From an uncultured delta proteobacterium (GTDB lineage Bacteria > Myxococcota_A > Polyangia > Polyangiales > Polyangiaceae), in the NCBI GenBank assembly GCA_903906315.1, contig CAIVJW010000245.1:1-61469 (forward strand): 61,469 nt of DNA. Reading direction: 5' to 3'. The translations under genes were made by a program, and so were the position numbers. This document shows positions 17,702-27,125 of this stretch, piece by piece (position 1 is the first letter of the stretch; every line of letters begins with the position of its first letter). A model generated the notes under the pieces. The model made no database searches. It was not told where the DNA came from and saw only the letters and a list, made by a program, of their open reading frames with translations.

Positions 17702-18394
17702 ATGACCGCTCGACGGCGTGACGTGCCCATCCTCCGAGCACGGGGACAGCGCACGGACCTCCAGGGCTCCCGCCCCCCCGCCCTCGGCGCGGCCCAGGCC
17801 TCCCCCCAGGGGTCCGGCGCAGCCCACGCGGACCTCGACCTCGCGATCGCCGCCGCGGCGGCCCACCTGTCCAGCCGGCCCCCGCCGCCTACGTCGGGCG
17901 TCACGCCCATGCGCGCCGGATCCCTCGGCTCCCCGGTCGACGAGCCGCGCGTCGCGACCCCGCAGCGTGCGCCCTCGACGACGCTACGTCCGGGGTGGAC
18001 CGACGACCTGCTCCTCGGCAACGGCCGCCTGGATCGGCAGCACAAGCGCTTCTTTCTGCACGCGCTGAAGCTCGCCGTCGCGTGCGAGCAGGACCGCGGC
18101 GCCGACGAGATCGAAGCGGCGCTGCGATTCCTCCGCGAGTACGCGAGCGCGCACTTCGCCGACGAGGAGCGCACGATGCACGAGGTCGCCTACCCGTACC
18201 TCGCGAGCCACGCGGAGGCCCACGCTTCGTTCCTGCTTCGCCTCGCCTCCCTGGAGCAGGATCTCGCCCGCGCGATCAACCCGCGCGCGCTGGCCCTGGA
18301 CATCTCCTACATGGCCGCGACCTGGTTCGCCGAGCACGTCCGCCAGGTCGACCGGATCCTCGCGCGCTTCCTCTCGCTGAACGAAGGGACGTAG
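17702..18394 (+). CDS. Bacteriohemerythrin-like protein with Pro/Arg-rich disordered N-terminus
   Basis: Hemerythrin motifs W..DLLLGNGRLDRQHKRFF...H...EE.MHEVAYPY...H..F. Alternative start ATG 17909. Confidence 0.7.
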   Translation: MTARRRDVPILRARGQRTDLQGSRPPALGAAQASPQGSGAAHADLDLAIAAAAAHLSSRPPPPTSGVTPMRAGSLGSPVDEPRVATPQRAPSTTLRPGWTDDLLLGNGRLDRQHKRFFLHALKLAVACEQDRGADEIEAALRFLREYASAHFADEERTMHEVAYPYLASHAEAHASFLLRLASLEQDLARAINPRALALDISYMAATWFAEHVRQVDRILARFLSLNEGT

Positions 18395-18441
18395 CCGCGC
18401 GGCGCCCCGGCCGCTTGACGGCCTCGCTTCCGCTTTCCAAG

Positions 18442-20142
18442 ATGCGGCTGCGGATGATGCGGTGGTCCCACGAAGCGCGCCGTTTCGCTGCCCTTCTCGG
18501 CGTCTTCGTGTCCGCGGGCCTGGGGATCACCTGGCTGGTCCTGCCGCCGGCCCCGGAGAAGGATCCCCCCCGCCCGCCCCCTCCGCTGCGGATCGCGGGC
18601 GCGGTCGTCTCGACGACGGGCGACGTGGTGGCGAACGCGCTCGACCTCGTGCGCCGCTACGCGACCGGCGACCTCGCGCTCGTCCTCCCGGACGGGACGA
18701 CCCGGGCCATCAAGCGCGCCGCCCTCGGCGTCGAGCTCGACCGGGTCCGCCTGGCCGATTTCATTCGCGACGCGCTCGCCGAGGGCGGCGCCGTCCGCCG
18801 CGCCCACGAGCGCAAGGCCGGCGCGGGCGCGCCCGTGGACGTACCGCTGCCGCTCACGGTCGACGCGAGCGTGGCCATCCCGAAGCTGCTCGAGCTCAAG
18901 ACCGCGCTCGACGCGAGCGCCACCGACGCCGTCGTCGATCTCGAGACCCGCAAGCTCAAGCCGGAGAAGGTCGGCTACCGCCTCGACGTCTACGGCACCC
19001 TGTCCCGCATCGACGCGGCGCTGCGCGAGGGCCGGGACAAGGTCGAGGCCGCGGTCGAGACGATCGAGCCCAAGCTCCGCGCCGCCGAGCTCGGCAACGT
19101 GAAGTTCGACCAGGTGCTGGGCTACTTCGAGACGCACTACTCGGTCGGCGGCAAGGCCAAGGAGCGCACCTACAACCTGCGGCTCGCGGCCTCGCGCCTC
19201 GACGGCGCGGTCGTGATGCCGGGCGGGGTGTTCGACTTCAACGCGGTCGTCGGCCCGCGCGACGAGGCGCACGGCTACCGCGTCGCGCCGGTCATCGCGC
19301 AAGGCGAGCTCGTCGACGGCCTCGGCGGCGGCACGTGCCAGATCTCCGGCACGCTGCACGGCGCGGTCTTCTTCGGCGGGCTCGACGTGGTCGAGCGCTA
19401 CCCGCACTCGCGGCCGAGCTACTACATCAAGCTCGGGCTCGACGCGACGGTGGTCTACCCCACGATAAACTTCAGGTTCAGGAACCCTTTCTCCTTCCCG
19501 ATCGTGCTGCACGAGACGGTCGCGAACGGCCTGGTGCGCGCCGAGATCCTCGGCCCCGAGCGCAAGCGCACCGTGACGTTCTTCCGCCGCATCGACGAGG
19601 TCGTCCCGTTCGAGGAGATCGAGCGCCCTTCGCCGAAGCTCCCCGAGGGCACGCGCGTCCTCGCGCAGCGCGGCATCCCGGGCTTCAAGACGACGAGCTC
19701 GCGGGTGGTGCGCGAGGGCGCCTACGCGGTGCGCACGCACTGGTCGGACGCATACCCGCCGACGACGCAGATCGTCAGCGTCGGCGCCGGCCCCAAGGAC
19801 GGCGAGGCGAAGGTCGTCGACGACCAGCACCCCGAGTACGTGGTCGACGAGTACCTCACGGTCACGCAGGGGCCCGACCTCCGCACGCCCGGCGTGGCGG
19901 GTCAGGAGCCGGGCGGCGGCACGGTCGAGGCGCGCGAGCCCGGGCGCACCGGGGGCTACGGCTGGACCGAGAAGGCCGGGCTGTCGAAGTTCAAGGGCAA
20001 GCCCGGCGAGGCCAGGGACGACGACCTCGGGCAGGCCGAGGGCGAGAGGGCACAGGCGAAGCCTGTGGCCAAGAAAGAAGATCCGCCCGAGGCGGACAAG
20101 GGCAAGAAGAAGAAGCGCAAGAAGAAGGGGGCCACGCCGTGA
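18442..20142 (+). CDS. VanW family protein with Lys-rich C-terminal tail
   Basis: Start MRLRMMRWSHEARRFAALLGVFV (TM anchor). VanW-like core (GGVFDFNAVVGPR...GGGTCQISGTLHGAVFFGGL). The N-terminal 150 aa of the ORF track entry are junk. Confidence 0.8.
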   Translation: MRLRMMRWSHEARRFAALLGVFVSAGLGITWLVLPPAPEKDPPRPPPPLRIAGAVVSTTGDVVANALDLVRRYATGDLALVLPDGTTRAIKRAALGVELDRVRLADFIRDALAEGGAVRRAHERKAGAGAPVDVPLPLTVDASVAIPKLLELKTALDASATDAVVDLETRKLKPEKVGYRLDVYGTLSRIDAALREGRDKVEAAVETIEPKLRAAELGNVKFDQVLGYFETHYSVGGKAKERTYNLRLAASRLDGAVVMPGGVFDFNAVVGPRDEAHGYRVAPVIAQGELVDGLGGGTCQISGTLHGAVFFGGLDVVERYPHSRPSYYIKLGLDATVVYPTINFRFRNPFSFPIVLHETVANGLVRAEILGPERKRTVTFFRRIDEVVPFEEIERPSPKLPEGTRVLAQRGIPGFKTTSSRVVREGAYAVRTHWSDAYPPTTQIVSVGAGPKDGEAKVVDDQHPEYVVDEYLTVTQGPDLRTPGVAGQEPGGGTVEAREPGRTGGYGWTEKAGLSKFKGKPGEARDDDLGQAEGERAQAKPVAKKEDPPEADKGKKKKRKKKGATP

Positions 20143-20223
20143 GCCCCGGGCGCGCCGAAATGGCGTGTTCCTAGTGGGAATCCACCGTTCAGTATTTGCC
20201 CACCATCGATCCTGTATTACACG

Positions 20224-20895
20224 ATGGGACCGAAGGGACATTATCCAACGGTGAAGCCGCGCACACGTTCCATCGATCCGCGCCGAGAGGTTCAGACCCA
20301 GCCGAAGCCCCCCGGCCCGCGGTCGCGCGTCGACCCGCGCGCCGAGCCCCTGGCCCGTCCGGACGGGCCGCCGCCGTCGAGCCGGGCGACCCCGCCGACC
20401 ATGCCCGCGGCAAGCCCGCGCACCCCGCAGAGGGGCCCCACGCCGCGCAGCGCGGGCCTCGCGCGGTCGGATTTCACGAGCGCGCTGCTGCCCGGCTGGA
20501 GCGAGGACCTCTGCGTGGGCAACGGCCAGATCGACCGCGAGCACAAGACGTTTTACCTCCGCGCGCTCCGCCTCGCGATCGCCTGCGAGGAGGGCCACGC
20601 CGTCGAGGAGATCGTGTCTGCGCTGCGCTACTTCGGCGAGTACGCGACCGCCCACTTCCGCACCGAGGAGGACCTCATGCGGGCCGTCGGGTTCCGCGAC
20701 CTCGCGACGCACTGCGCGGCGCACGCGGCGTTCGCCGGTCGCGTGGCCGGCCTCGAGGTGCAGATGGCGGCCCAGGGGGACGCGATGGCCATCGCGCGCG
20801 AGGTCGCGGCGATGACGGCCGAGTGGTTCAGCGGCCATATCCGCAACGACGACCAGGCGCTCGCCCGGTACCTCGAGGACACGAAGATCGGCTGA
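20224..20895 (+). CDS. Bacteriohemerythrin-like protein (paralog of 17702..18394)
   Basis: LLPGWSEDLCVGNGQIDREHKTFYL...H...EEDLM...H..H..F. Same layout: disordered Pro/Arg N-terminus plus hemerythrin domain. Alternative start 20401. Confidence 0.7.
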   Translation: MGPKGHYPTVKPRTRSIDPRREVQTQPKPPGPRSRVDPRAEPLARPDGPPPSSRATPPTMPAASPRTPQRGPTPRSAGLARSDFTSALLPGWSEDLCVGNGQIDREHKTFYLRALRLAIACEEGHAVEEIVSALRYFGEYATAHFRTEEDLMRAVGFRDLATHCAAHAAFAGRVAGLEVQMAAQGDAMAIAREVAAMTAEWFSGHIRNDDQALARYLEDTKIG

Positions 20896-20995
20896 CGGGC
20901 GCGGCGCGGCGCGCGGGCGGGCGCCGACGACGAAGGCCGGCGGGGGCGCGTCCCGCGACGACCCGACGAAAAGGGCACGTTGCACGCGCTCTCGG

Positions 20996-22369
20996 TTGTG
21001 TGCGAGCGTTCTGGCCATGCGAGGCAACCGCCCGCCGAACACCCCGGTGCCGCCGCCCCTCCACCGCGAGGCGCCCGCGCTCCTGCCTCCGCCCGCGCCC
21101 GCGCCTCACCCTCGCGAGGGCGCGCATGGGCGCCTGCTGCGCGGCGGCCACGGGCACGGCCGCCCGGGCGCCCCGATCGTCGCGCTCGCCATCACCGGCA
21201 GCATCGCCGCGTACAAGGCCGTCGAGATCGCGCGGCACCTGGTCCGCGCCGGCGCCCGCGTGATCCCCGTGATGACCCGGTCGGCGCGCGAGCTCATCGG
21301 CCCGGTCACGCTCAGCGGCATCACGGGCGAGCGCGTCTACACGGACATGTTCGACGAGTCGGTCCCCGGGGAGATCCACCTCGAGCTCGGCACCGCCGCC
21401 GACGTGGTGGTCATCGCGCCCGCGACCGCCGACGTGATCGCGCGCCTCGCGATGGGCCGCGCCGACGACCTGGTGACGGCGCTCGCCCTGTGCGCGCGCG
21501 GGCCCGTGCTCGCCGCGCCCGCGATGCACCCGCGCATGTGGGCGCACCCCGCCACGCAGCGCAACGTGGGCACGCTCGAGGCCGACGGCCGCGTCGAGCT
21601 CATCGGCCCGGTCGAGGGCGAGGTCGCGACCGGCGAGCGCGGCATGGGTCGGATGGCCGACCCCGCGGTCATCGCGGCCGCGGCGCTCGCGCGCGGCGGC
21701 AAGCGCGACCTCGCGGGGCTGCGCATCGTGGTGACGGCGGGGCCGACGATCGAGGACCTCGACCCGGTGCGCTACCTCGGCAACCGATCCACCGGCAAGA
21801 TGGGCTTCGCGGTGGCCGAGCGCGCGGCCGCCCGCGGCGCGCAGGTGACGCTCATCGCCGGGCCGGTCGAGCTGCCGACCCCGTTCGGCCTGCGGCGCGT
21901 GGACGTGCGGTCGACCCTGGCGATGAAGCGCGCGCTCTGGGAGGCGCTCGGCCAGGAGCTCGACCTCGCCGACGCGCTCGTGATGACGGCCGCGGTCGCC
22001 GACTACCGGCCCGCGGAGGAGCACCCCGTGAAGCGCAAGCGGTCGGCGGAGCCGATCGCGCTCGAGCTGGTCGCGAACCCGGATCTCCTCGCCGAGGTCG
22101 GCGCCGCTCGCCGGGGCCGGGCGCCGGTGCTGTGCGGCTTCGCGGTCGAGACCGACACCGACGAGGGCGTCGCCCGCGAGGGCGCGCGCAAGCTCGCCGC
22201 CAAGCGCGTCGACCTCATCGTCGCCAACCACGCGCGCGACTCGTTCGGCAAGGACGACGACCGCGCGACCATCCTTTCGCACGAGGGCGCCGAGGCGCTC
22301 GGGACGCTGCCGAAGACGGCGCTCGCGGACCGCATCCTCGATCGCGTCGCGGCGATCGCGCGGCGATGA
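20996..22369 (+). CDS. coaBC: Bifunctional phosphopantothenoylcysteine decarboxylase / phosphopantothenate-cysteine ligase
   Basis: Flavoprotein motif ALAITGSIAAYKAVE, PAMHPRMW, then CoaB ligase domain (GNRSTGKMGFAVA...). Start 20996 or 21017; no in-frame start closer to the domain. Confidence 0.85.
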   Translation: MCASVLAMRGNRPPNTPVPPPLHREAPALLPPPAPAPHPREGAHGRLLRGGHGHGRPGAPIVALAITGSIAAYKAVEIARHLVRAGARVIPVMTRSARELIGPVTLSGITGERVYTDMFDESVPGEIHLELGTAADVVVIAPATADVIARLAMGRADDLVTALALCARGPVLAAPAMHPRMWAHPATQRNVGTLEADGRVELIGPVEGEVATGERGMGRMADPAVIAAAALARGGKRDLAGLRIVVTAGPTIEDLDPVRYLGNRSTGKMGFAVAERAAARGAQVTLIAGPVELPTPFGLRRVDVRSTLAMKRALWEALGQELDLADALVMTAAVADYRPAEEHPVKRKRSAEPIALELVANPDLLAEVGAARRGRAPVLCGFAVETDTDEGVAREGARKLAAKRVDLIVANHARDSFGKDDDRATILSHEGAEALGTLPKTALADRILDRVAAIARR

Positions 22370-23184
22370 GCCCAGAAGACCCGCATCCCCCTGCCCCTTC
22401 CCCCGATCTCGGCGGCCAGGACGGCGAGGAGGACGACGCGCCTTCAGGCCCGCTCTTCCCGCCCAGCGAGGGGAAAGGGCGGTCGGCGGAACGGGGGCAG
22501 GCGATCGCGATCGCCGCGACCGTGACCCTGGCCGGCGCGCTCGCGGCGCGCGTCGGGCTCGACCCGGATCGCGGCGGGCAGCCGGTCGTGCTCGGCGCCT
22601 TCGGCCTCGCGTACGGCGCGCTCGCGATCGCGGCCGTCGTGCGGCTGCGCCGCCGGGGCGAGGCGTTCCTGCTCCGGCCCGCGTCCGGCGACATCAGCCT
22701 CGGCGCCGCGTCGGCCGCGCTGCTCTACGCGCTCGCGATGGCCTCGCGCCTCGCGATCGCCCCGCAGGGCACGCCGCGCGAGGCGTGGATCGTGCGCCTG
22801 TACCTGCAGCTCGGGGAGTCCGAGGCGCTGCACCTGCTAGAGCGACCGGAGGCCTCCGGCCCGATGCTCGGCGTCGCCGTGCTGCTCGTCGCGGCGGCCG
22901 AGGAGCTCGCGTGGCGCGGGCTCGTGTTGCGATCGCTCGAGTCCGCGTTCGGCACCCGCCGCGCGGTGGCGATCTCGCTCGCGCTCTACGTGATCGCGAA
23001 CGCGCCGAGCGCGATGCTGCTGCGCGACCCGACCGCGGGACCGAACCCGCTGCTCGTGATCGCTGCGCTGGGCGGCGGCCTCGTGTGGACAGGCCTCTAC
23101 CTGCGACGAGGCCGCCTGTTGCCGGCGGTCTTCTCCCACGCCCTCTTCACGTGGGCGATGGTCGAGTTCCCGCTCTGGCATTGA
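22366..23184 (+). CDS. CPBP family intramembrane glutamic endopeptidase (CAAX protease-like)
   Basis: ATGA overlap with coaBC stop. Motifs EELAWRG and FSHALFTW in a multi-TM protein. Confidence 0.8.
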   Translation: MSPEDPHPPAPSPDLGGQDGEEDDAPSGPLFPPSEGKGRSAERGQAIAIAATVTLAGALAARVGLDPDRGGQPVVLGAFGLAYGALAIAAVVRLRRRGEAFLLRPASGDISLGAASAALLYALAMASRLAIAPQGTPREAWIVRLYLQLGESEALHLLERPEASGPMLGVAVLLVAAAEELAWRGLVLRSLESAFGTRRAVAISLALYVIANAPSAMLLRDPTAGPNPLLVIAALGGGLVWTGLYLRRGRLLPAVFSHALFTWAMVEFPLWH

Positions 23185-23790
23185 CTACTTCGCCGGCGCG
23201 GTGCGCTCGGCGAGGTACTTCGCGACGATCTTGCCGCCGATCGTCCCGCACGCCGACAACCGCTGCGTGGTCGAGAAGCCGCCCGCGGCCGGCTGCACCT
23301 GGATCGCGTCGATCGGGCGGCCGTCGGGCGTCGTGATCTGCACCTCGTACTTCACCTGGCCGGGGCCCGAGGCGACACCGACGTAGAAGCCCGGCTCGAC
23401 CCAGCCGACGCGCACGTGAATGAGGAACGGCGCCGCGTTCGGCCCCGTGGCCGGCACGACCTTGATGCCCTCCTCGGCGGCGGCCTCGGTGAGGCCCTCG
23501 AGGAACTTCGCGTTGACCGCGACCTTGTCCTGCGCCCAGTTCCCGCGGAACTCGGCGTCCTTCTCGCCGAGGTAGGCGCCCTCTTCCTTGTCGCCGACGC
23601 GGAGATTGGCAAACTCGATCGGCTGCACGGCGAACGCGCGCTGGCCGAGGAACGGGTTCGGGTTCGCCTGACCGAGCACGATCCACTTGGGACCGCAGCC
23701 GGCGAGCGACAGGAGGGCAATGGGCGCGAGGGCGAGCAGGGTTCGTCGGAGCATGCCCCGCATGAGAGCGCGAGGCCTGGCGAGTGGCAA
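23185..23790 (-). CDS. Lipoprotein (hypothetical)
   Basis: MRGMLRRTLLALAPIALLSLAGC lipobox; start may be at 23763/23754 instead of 23790. Confidence 0.6.
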   Translation of the reverse strand: MPLARPRALMRGMLRRTLLALAPIALLSLAGCGPKWIVLGQANPNPFLGQRAFAVQPIEFANLRVGDKEEGAYLGEKDAEFRGNWAQDKVAVNAKFLEGLTEAAAEEGIKVVPATGPNAAPFLIHVRVGWVEPGFYVGVASGPGQVKYEVQITTPDGRPIDAIQVQPAAGGFSTTQRLSACGTIGGKIVAKYLAERTAPAK

Positions 23791-23843
23791 CCCTCAGAGA
23801 ACGTGCCTCGCCGACCTCTCGGGCCGGCGAGGCGCGGCCGGGA

Positions 23844-24593
23844 TCAGCCCTCGAGGCGGGCGATCTCCTCGTCGGAGATGTCGAAGTCGGCGTAGACGTT
23901 CTGCACGTCATCGTGGTCGTCGAGCGTGTCGGTGAGCTGGAGGCACACCTCGGCGTCGCGGCCCACGACCTGCTTCTTGTTCTTCGGGATGAAGGCCGGG
24001 CCGCTCGACTTGACCGCGACCTTGGCCTCCTCGAGCGCCTTGATCACCGTCTCGAGGTCCGGCACCGGCGAGGTGATCGTCCAGTAGTCGCCTTCGAGCT
24101 GGTAGTCCTCGGCGCCGGCGCCGACCGCGATCTCCATCAGCTGGTCGTCGGTGGCCGCTTCCTTCGGGACCGTGAGCAGGCCCTTGCGGTCGAAGGCCCA
24201 CGCCGCCGTGCCGCCCGCGCCCATCGCGCCGTTGTTCTTCTCGAACACCTTGCGGATCTCGGCGACCGTGCGGTTCTTGTTGTCGGTCATCACCTCGACC
24301 AGGAACAACGTGCCGCCGGGGCCCGTGCCCTCGTAGAGGATCTCCTCGTAGTTGACGCCCTCGATCTCGCCGGTGCCACGCTGGATGGCCCGCTTGATCG
24401 TGTCGGCCGGCATCGCGTCGCCCTTGGCGTCGTTGACCGCCTTGCGCAGGCGCGGGTTGCCGTTGATGTCACCGCCGCCCATGCGAGCCGCGACGGTGAT
24501 CTCCTTGATGAGCTTCGTGAAGAGCTTGCCGCGCTTGGCGTCGAGCGCGCCCTTCTTCCGCTTGATCGTGGCCCATTTCGAGTGGCCGGACAT
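23844..24593 (-). CDS. yebC: YebC/PmpR family DNA-binding transcriptional regulator
   Basis: MSGHSKWATIKRKKGALDAKRGKLFTKLIKEI... (highly conserved YebC N-terminus). Confidence 0.9.
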   Translation of the reverse strand: MSGHSKWATIKRKKGALDAKRGKLFTKLIKEITVAARMGGGDINGNPRLRKAVNDAKGDAMPADTIKRAIQRGTGEIEGVNYEEILYEGTGPGGTLFLVEVMTDNKNRTVAEIRKVFEKNNGAMGAGGTAAWAFDRKGLLTVPKEAATDDQLMEIAVGAGAEDYQLEGDYWTITSPVPDLETVIKALEEAKVAVKSSGPAFIPKNKKQVVGRDAEVCLQLTDTLDDHDDVQNVYADFDISDEEIARLEG

Positions 24594-24905
24594 GCCTTCT
24601 GACTCCGTGCTGGGGGGACCCCCCCTAGAAAGGGAGCGCGTAGGCTAATCAGGGAGGCGGGTCGAGGCAACCACCTCACCCCCCTCCGCGTGCGGGGAAC
24701 GCCGGACCCGCGCTTTCGGGGCCCCCTCTCGCGGAGAGCGAGGGGGCCGGGGGATGAGGCCCGCGGCGTCAGCGGCACACCGTGACCCAACCCGCGGCGC
24801 AGCGACCGGACCGCGATCGGGTCGATTTGCCTGCAAATGAGGCATTCCAGGTCGACCAAACGGCTGGCCCCGACCTTGCGTTGGCTCACCGCCAGAGAGG
24901 CCACC

Positions 24906-27062
24906 ATGAACATCGCCAGCCACCTCCGCGGATCCCTCGTCGTCCTGTCCACCGCCGGTTTGATCGCGTGCAGCAGCAGCCCGACCTCCAGCGAGAGGGT
25001 CACGGCGCTCGCGAGCGAGCTGTCCGTCCTCACGCCGCTCGCCACCTGCGGCGAGCTCGAGGGCGCGATCCGCGCGATGGCGCTGCGCGAGATGCACCAG
25101 ACCATCAACACGCAGGAGGAGAGCCTCCTGCGGATCGCGCAGGCCGAGTGCAGCTCGTACGGCTACGCCGACAGCCAGAACGCGCCGTCCGCGGCCGGCG
25201 GCGCTGCGGCCGAGGACTCGGGCGGCGCGCCGAAGTCGGCCACGGGGACCAACAACCAGGTCTCCGGCGTCGACGAGGCCGATTTCGTGAAGAACGACGG
25301 CAAGTACCTCTACGTCGTGAGCGGCGGCGCGCTCCGCATCCTGCGATCGTGGCCCGCCGCGTCCACCGCCGCGGTGGCCGAGGTCCCGATCGAGGGAACG
25401 CCGAAGAAGCTCTTTCTCGATGGCGATCGCGTGCTCGTCTACGTCTCGGTGCCCGCGCCCGCGAGCGGCGGGAGCGACCCCGGCGCGTACGGCGGCGCCC
25501 CCGGCGGCCCGGGCTACGGGGGCGGGTCGATCGAGTGCACGTACGGCTACGGCTGCGACTTCCGCGGCGACGGGACGGCGACGCGCCTCCTCGTCTTCGA
25601 CGTGAAGGACCGCACGAGCCCCACGAAGGTGCGCACGATCGATCTGTCCGGATCGCTCGTCGCCGCGCGCAAGATCGGCCACGCCGTGCACACGGTGGTG
25701 TCGCAGGCCATGAGCCCGTTCCCGGGCCTCCAGTACTCGCCGACGAGCCTCGGCAACGGGCTCGGCTACGGGCTCGGCTGCGGCATGAGCGACGACCAGC
25801 TCGTCGACGCGCTCGCGGCGTTCGAGCGGCTACGCACGGAGAACGCGCGCATCATCCAGCAGACGCCGCTCACGGGCGTGCTGCCCTCGGTCACCGACTC
25901 GGCCGGGGCTTCGCCCGTCGCGGACTGCCAGAACTACTACCGCGCCGCACTCGGCGACGGCGGCGAGATCCTCTCGATCGTCTCGCTCGACATGAGCCAG
26001 GAGAAGCCCGCGAACGCCGCGTCGGTGCTCAGCCGCGCGGGCGCGGTCTACGCCTCGGCGTCGTCGCTCTACGTGTCGGTGCCGCACGACTTCGCCGGGT
26101 ACGCGGACTACTACGCGGCCTACGGACAGCAGGAGGTGAGCACCGTGCACCGCTTCCGCATCAGCGACGACGCCGGCGCGACGGCGTACGCCGCGAGCGG
26201 ATCGGTGCCGGGGCGCGTGCTCAACCAGTTCGCGATGGACGAGCTCGACGGCCGCCTGCGCATCGCCACCTCGAGCGGCCACGTGCCCGACCCGGACGTC
26301 GACAACACCCTCACCGTGCTCCGCCAGAACGGCGACGCGCTCGAGCCGACCGGCGCCGTCTCGGGCTTCGCGAAGGGCGAGGACATCCGATCCGTGCGCT
26401 TCGAGGGCACCGCGGCGTACGTGGTGACGTTCAAGAAGACCGACCCGCTGTGGGCGTTCGACCTCTCCGACCCGGCGAACCCGCGCATCGCGGGCGAGCT
26501 CCAGATCCCGGGCTTCTCCACGTACATGCACAAGATGGACGACGGGCACCTGCTCACCATCGGCTACGACGCGAACGACCACGGCGACTTCGCGTTCTTC
26601 GACGGCGTCCTCCTGCAGATCTTCGACGTGTCGAACCCGACGACGCCGACGCTCGTCCAGAAGACCAAGATCGGCACGCGCGGATCGAGCTCCGAGGCGC
26701 TGACGAACCACCTCGCGTTCACCTACGCCGCCGACCGCGGGCTGCTCGCGCTGCCGATGACGATCTGCGAGGGCGGCGGCGACGGGAGCTACGGCACGGA
26801 CATGACGTTCTCCGGGCTCATGGTCTTCGGCGTCGACGTGGCAAAGGGCTTCACCGAGCTCGGCCGCGTCGCGCACCCGACCGGCCCCGACGGCACCGGC
26901 TACGACTCCGGCGCGTGCGGCAACTGGTGGACGAACGCGTCGTCCGAGGTCAAGCGCAGCATCTTCATGGACGACTTCGTCTATTCGATCTCGGAGTCGG
27001 TCGTGAAGGTGCAGGCCGTGTCGAAGCTCGGCAGCGATCTCGCCAGCGTGCCGCTCGACTGA
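24906..27062 (+). CDS. Secreted beta-propeller domain-containing lipoprotein (PF09826-like)
   Basis: AGAGAGG RBS. Signal MNIASHLRGSLVVLSTAGLIAC. Beta-propeller family blocks (GVDEADFVKNDGKYLYVV, LWAFDLSDPANPRIAGELQIPGFSTYMH, LLQIFDVSNPTTPTL). Confidence 0.8.
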   Translation: MNIASHLRGSLVVLSTAGLIACSSSPTSSERVTALASELSVLTPLATCGELEGAIRAMALREMHQTINTQEESLLRIAQAECSSYGYADSQNAPSAAGGAAAEDSGGAPKSATGTNNQVSGVDEADFVKNDGKYLYVVSGGALRILRSWPAASTAAVAEVPIEGTPKKLFLDGDRVLVYVSVPAPASGGSDPGAYGGAPGGPGYGGGSIECTYGYGCDFRGDGTATRLLVFDVKDRTSPTKVRTIDLSGSLVAARKIGHAVHTVVSQAMSPFPGLQYSPTSLGNGLGYGLGCGMSDDQLVDALAAFERLRTENARIIQQTPLTGVLPSVTDSAGASPVADCQNYYRAALGDGGEILSIVSLDMSQEKPANAASVLSRAGAVYASASSLYVSVPHDFAGYADYYAAYGQQEVSTVHRFRISDDAGATAYAASGSVPGRVLNQFAMDELDGRLRIATSSGHVPDPDVDNTLTVLRQNGDALEPTGAVSGFAKGEDIRSVRFEGTAAYVVTFKKTDPLWAFDLSDPANPRIAGELQIPGFSTYMHKMDDGHLLTIGYDANDHGDFAFFDGVLLQIFDVSNPTTPTLVQKTKIGTRGSSSEALTNHLAFTYAADRGLLALPMTICEGGGDGSYGTDMTFSGLMVFGVDVAKGFTELGRVAHPTGPDGTGYDSGACGNWWTNASSEVKRSIFMDDFVYSISESVVKVQAVSKLGSDLASVPLD

Positions 27063-27125
27063 CCCGAAGCCCGGCCCGGAGCCGCCGGCGCGCGCGGCCC
27101 GGACCTTTCGGCTATACAGGGCGCC

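Noticed and set aside
18307-21042. 911-aa minus-strand ORF
   Set aside because: Antisense to the VanW and hemerythrin genes; Arg/Ala/Gly junk composition.
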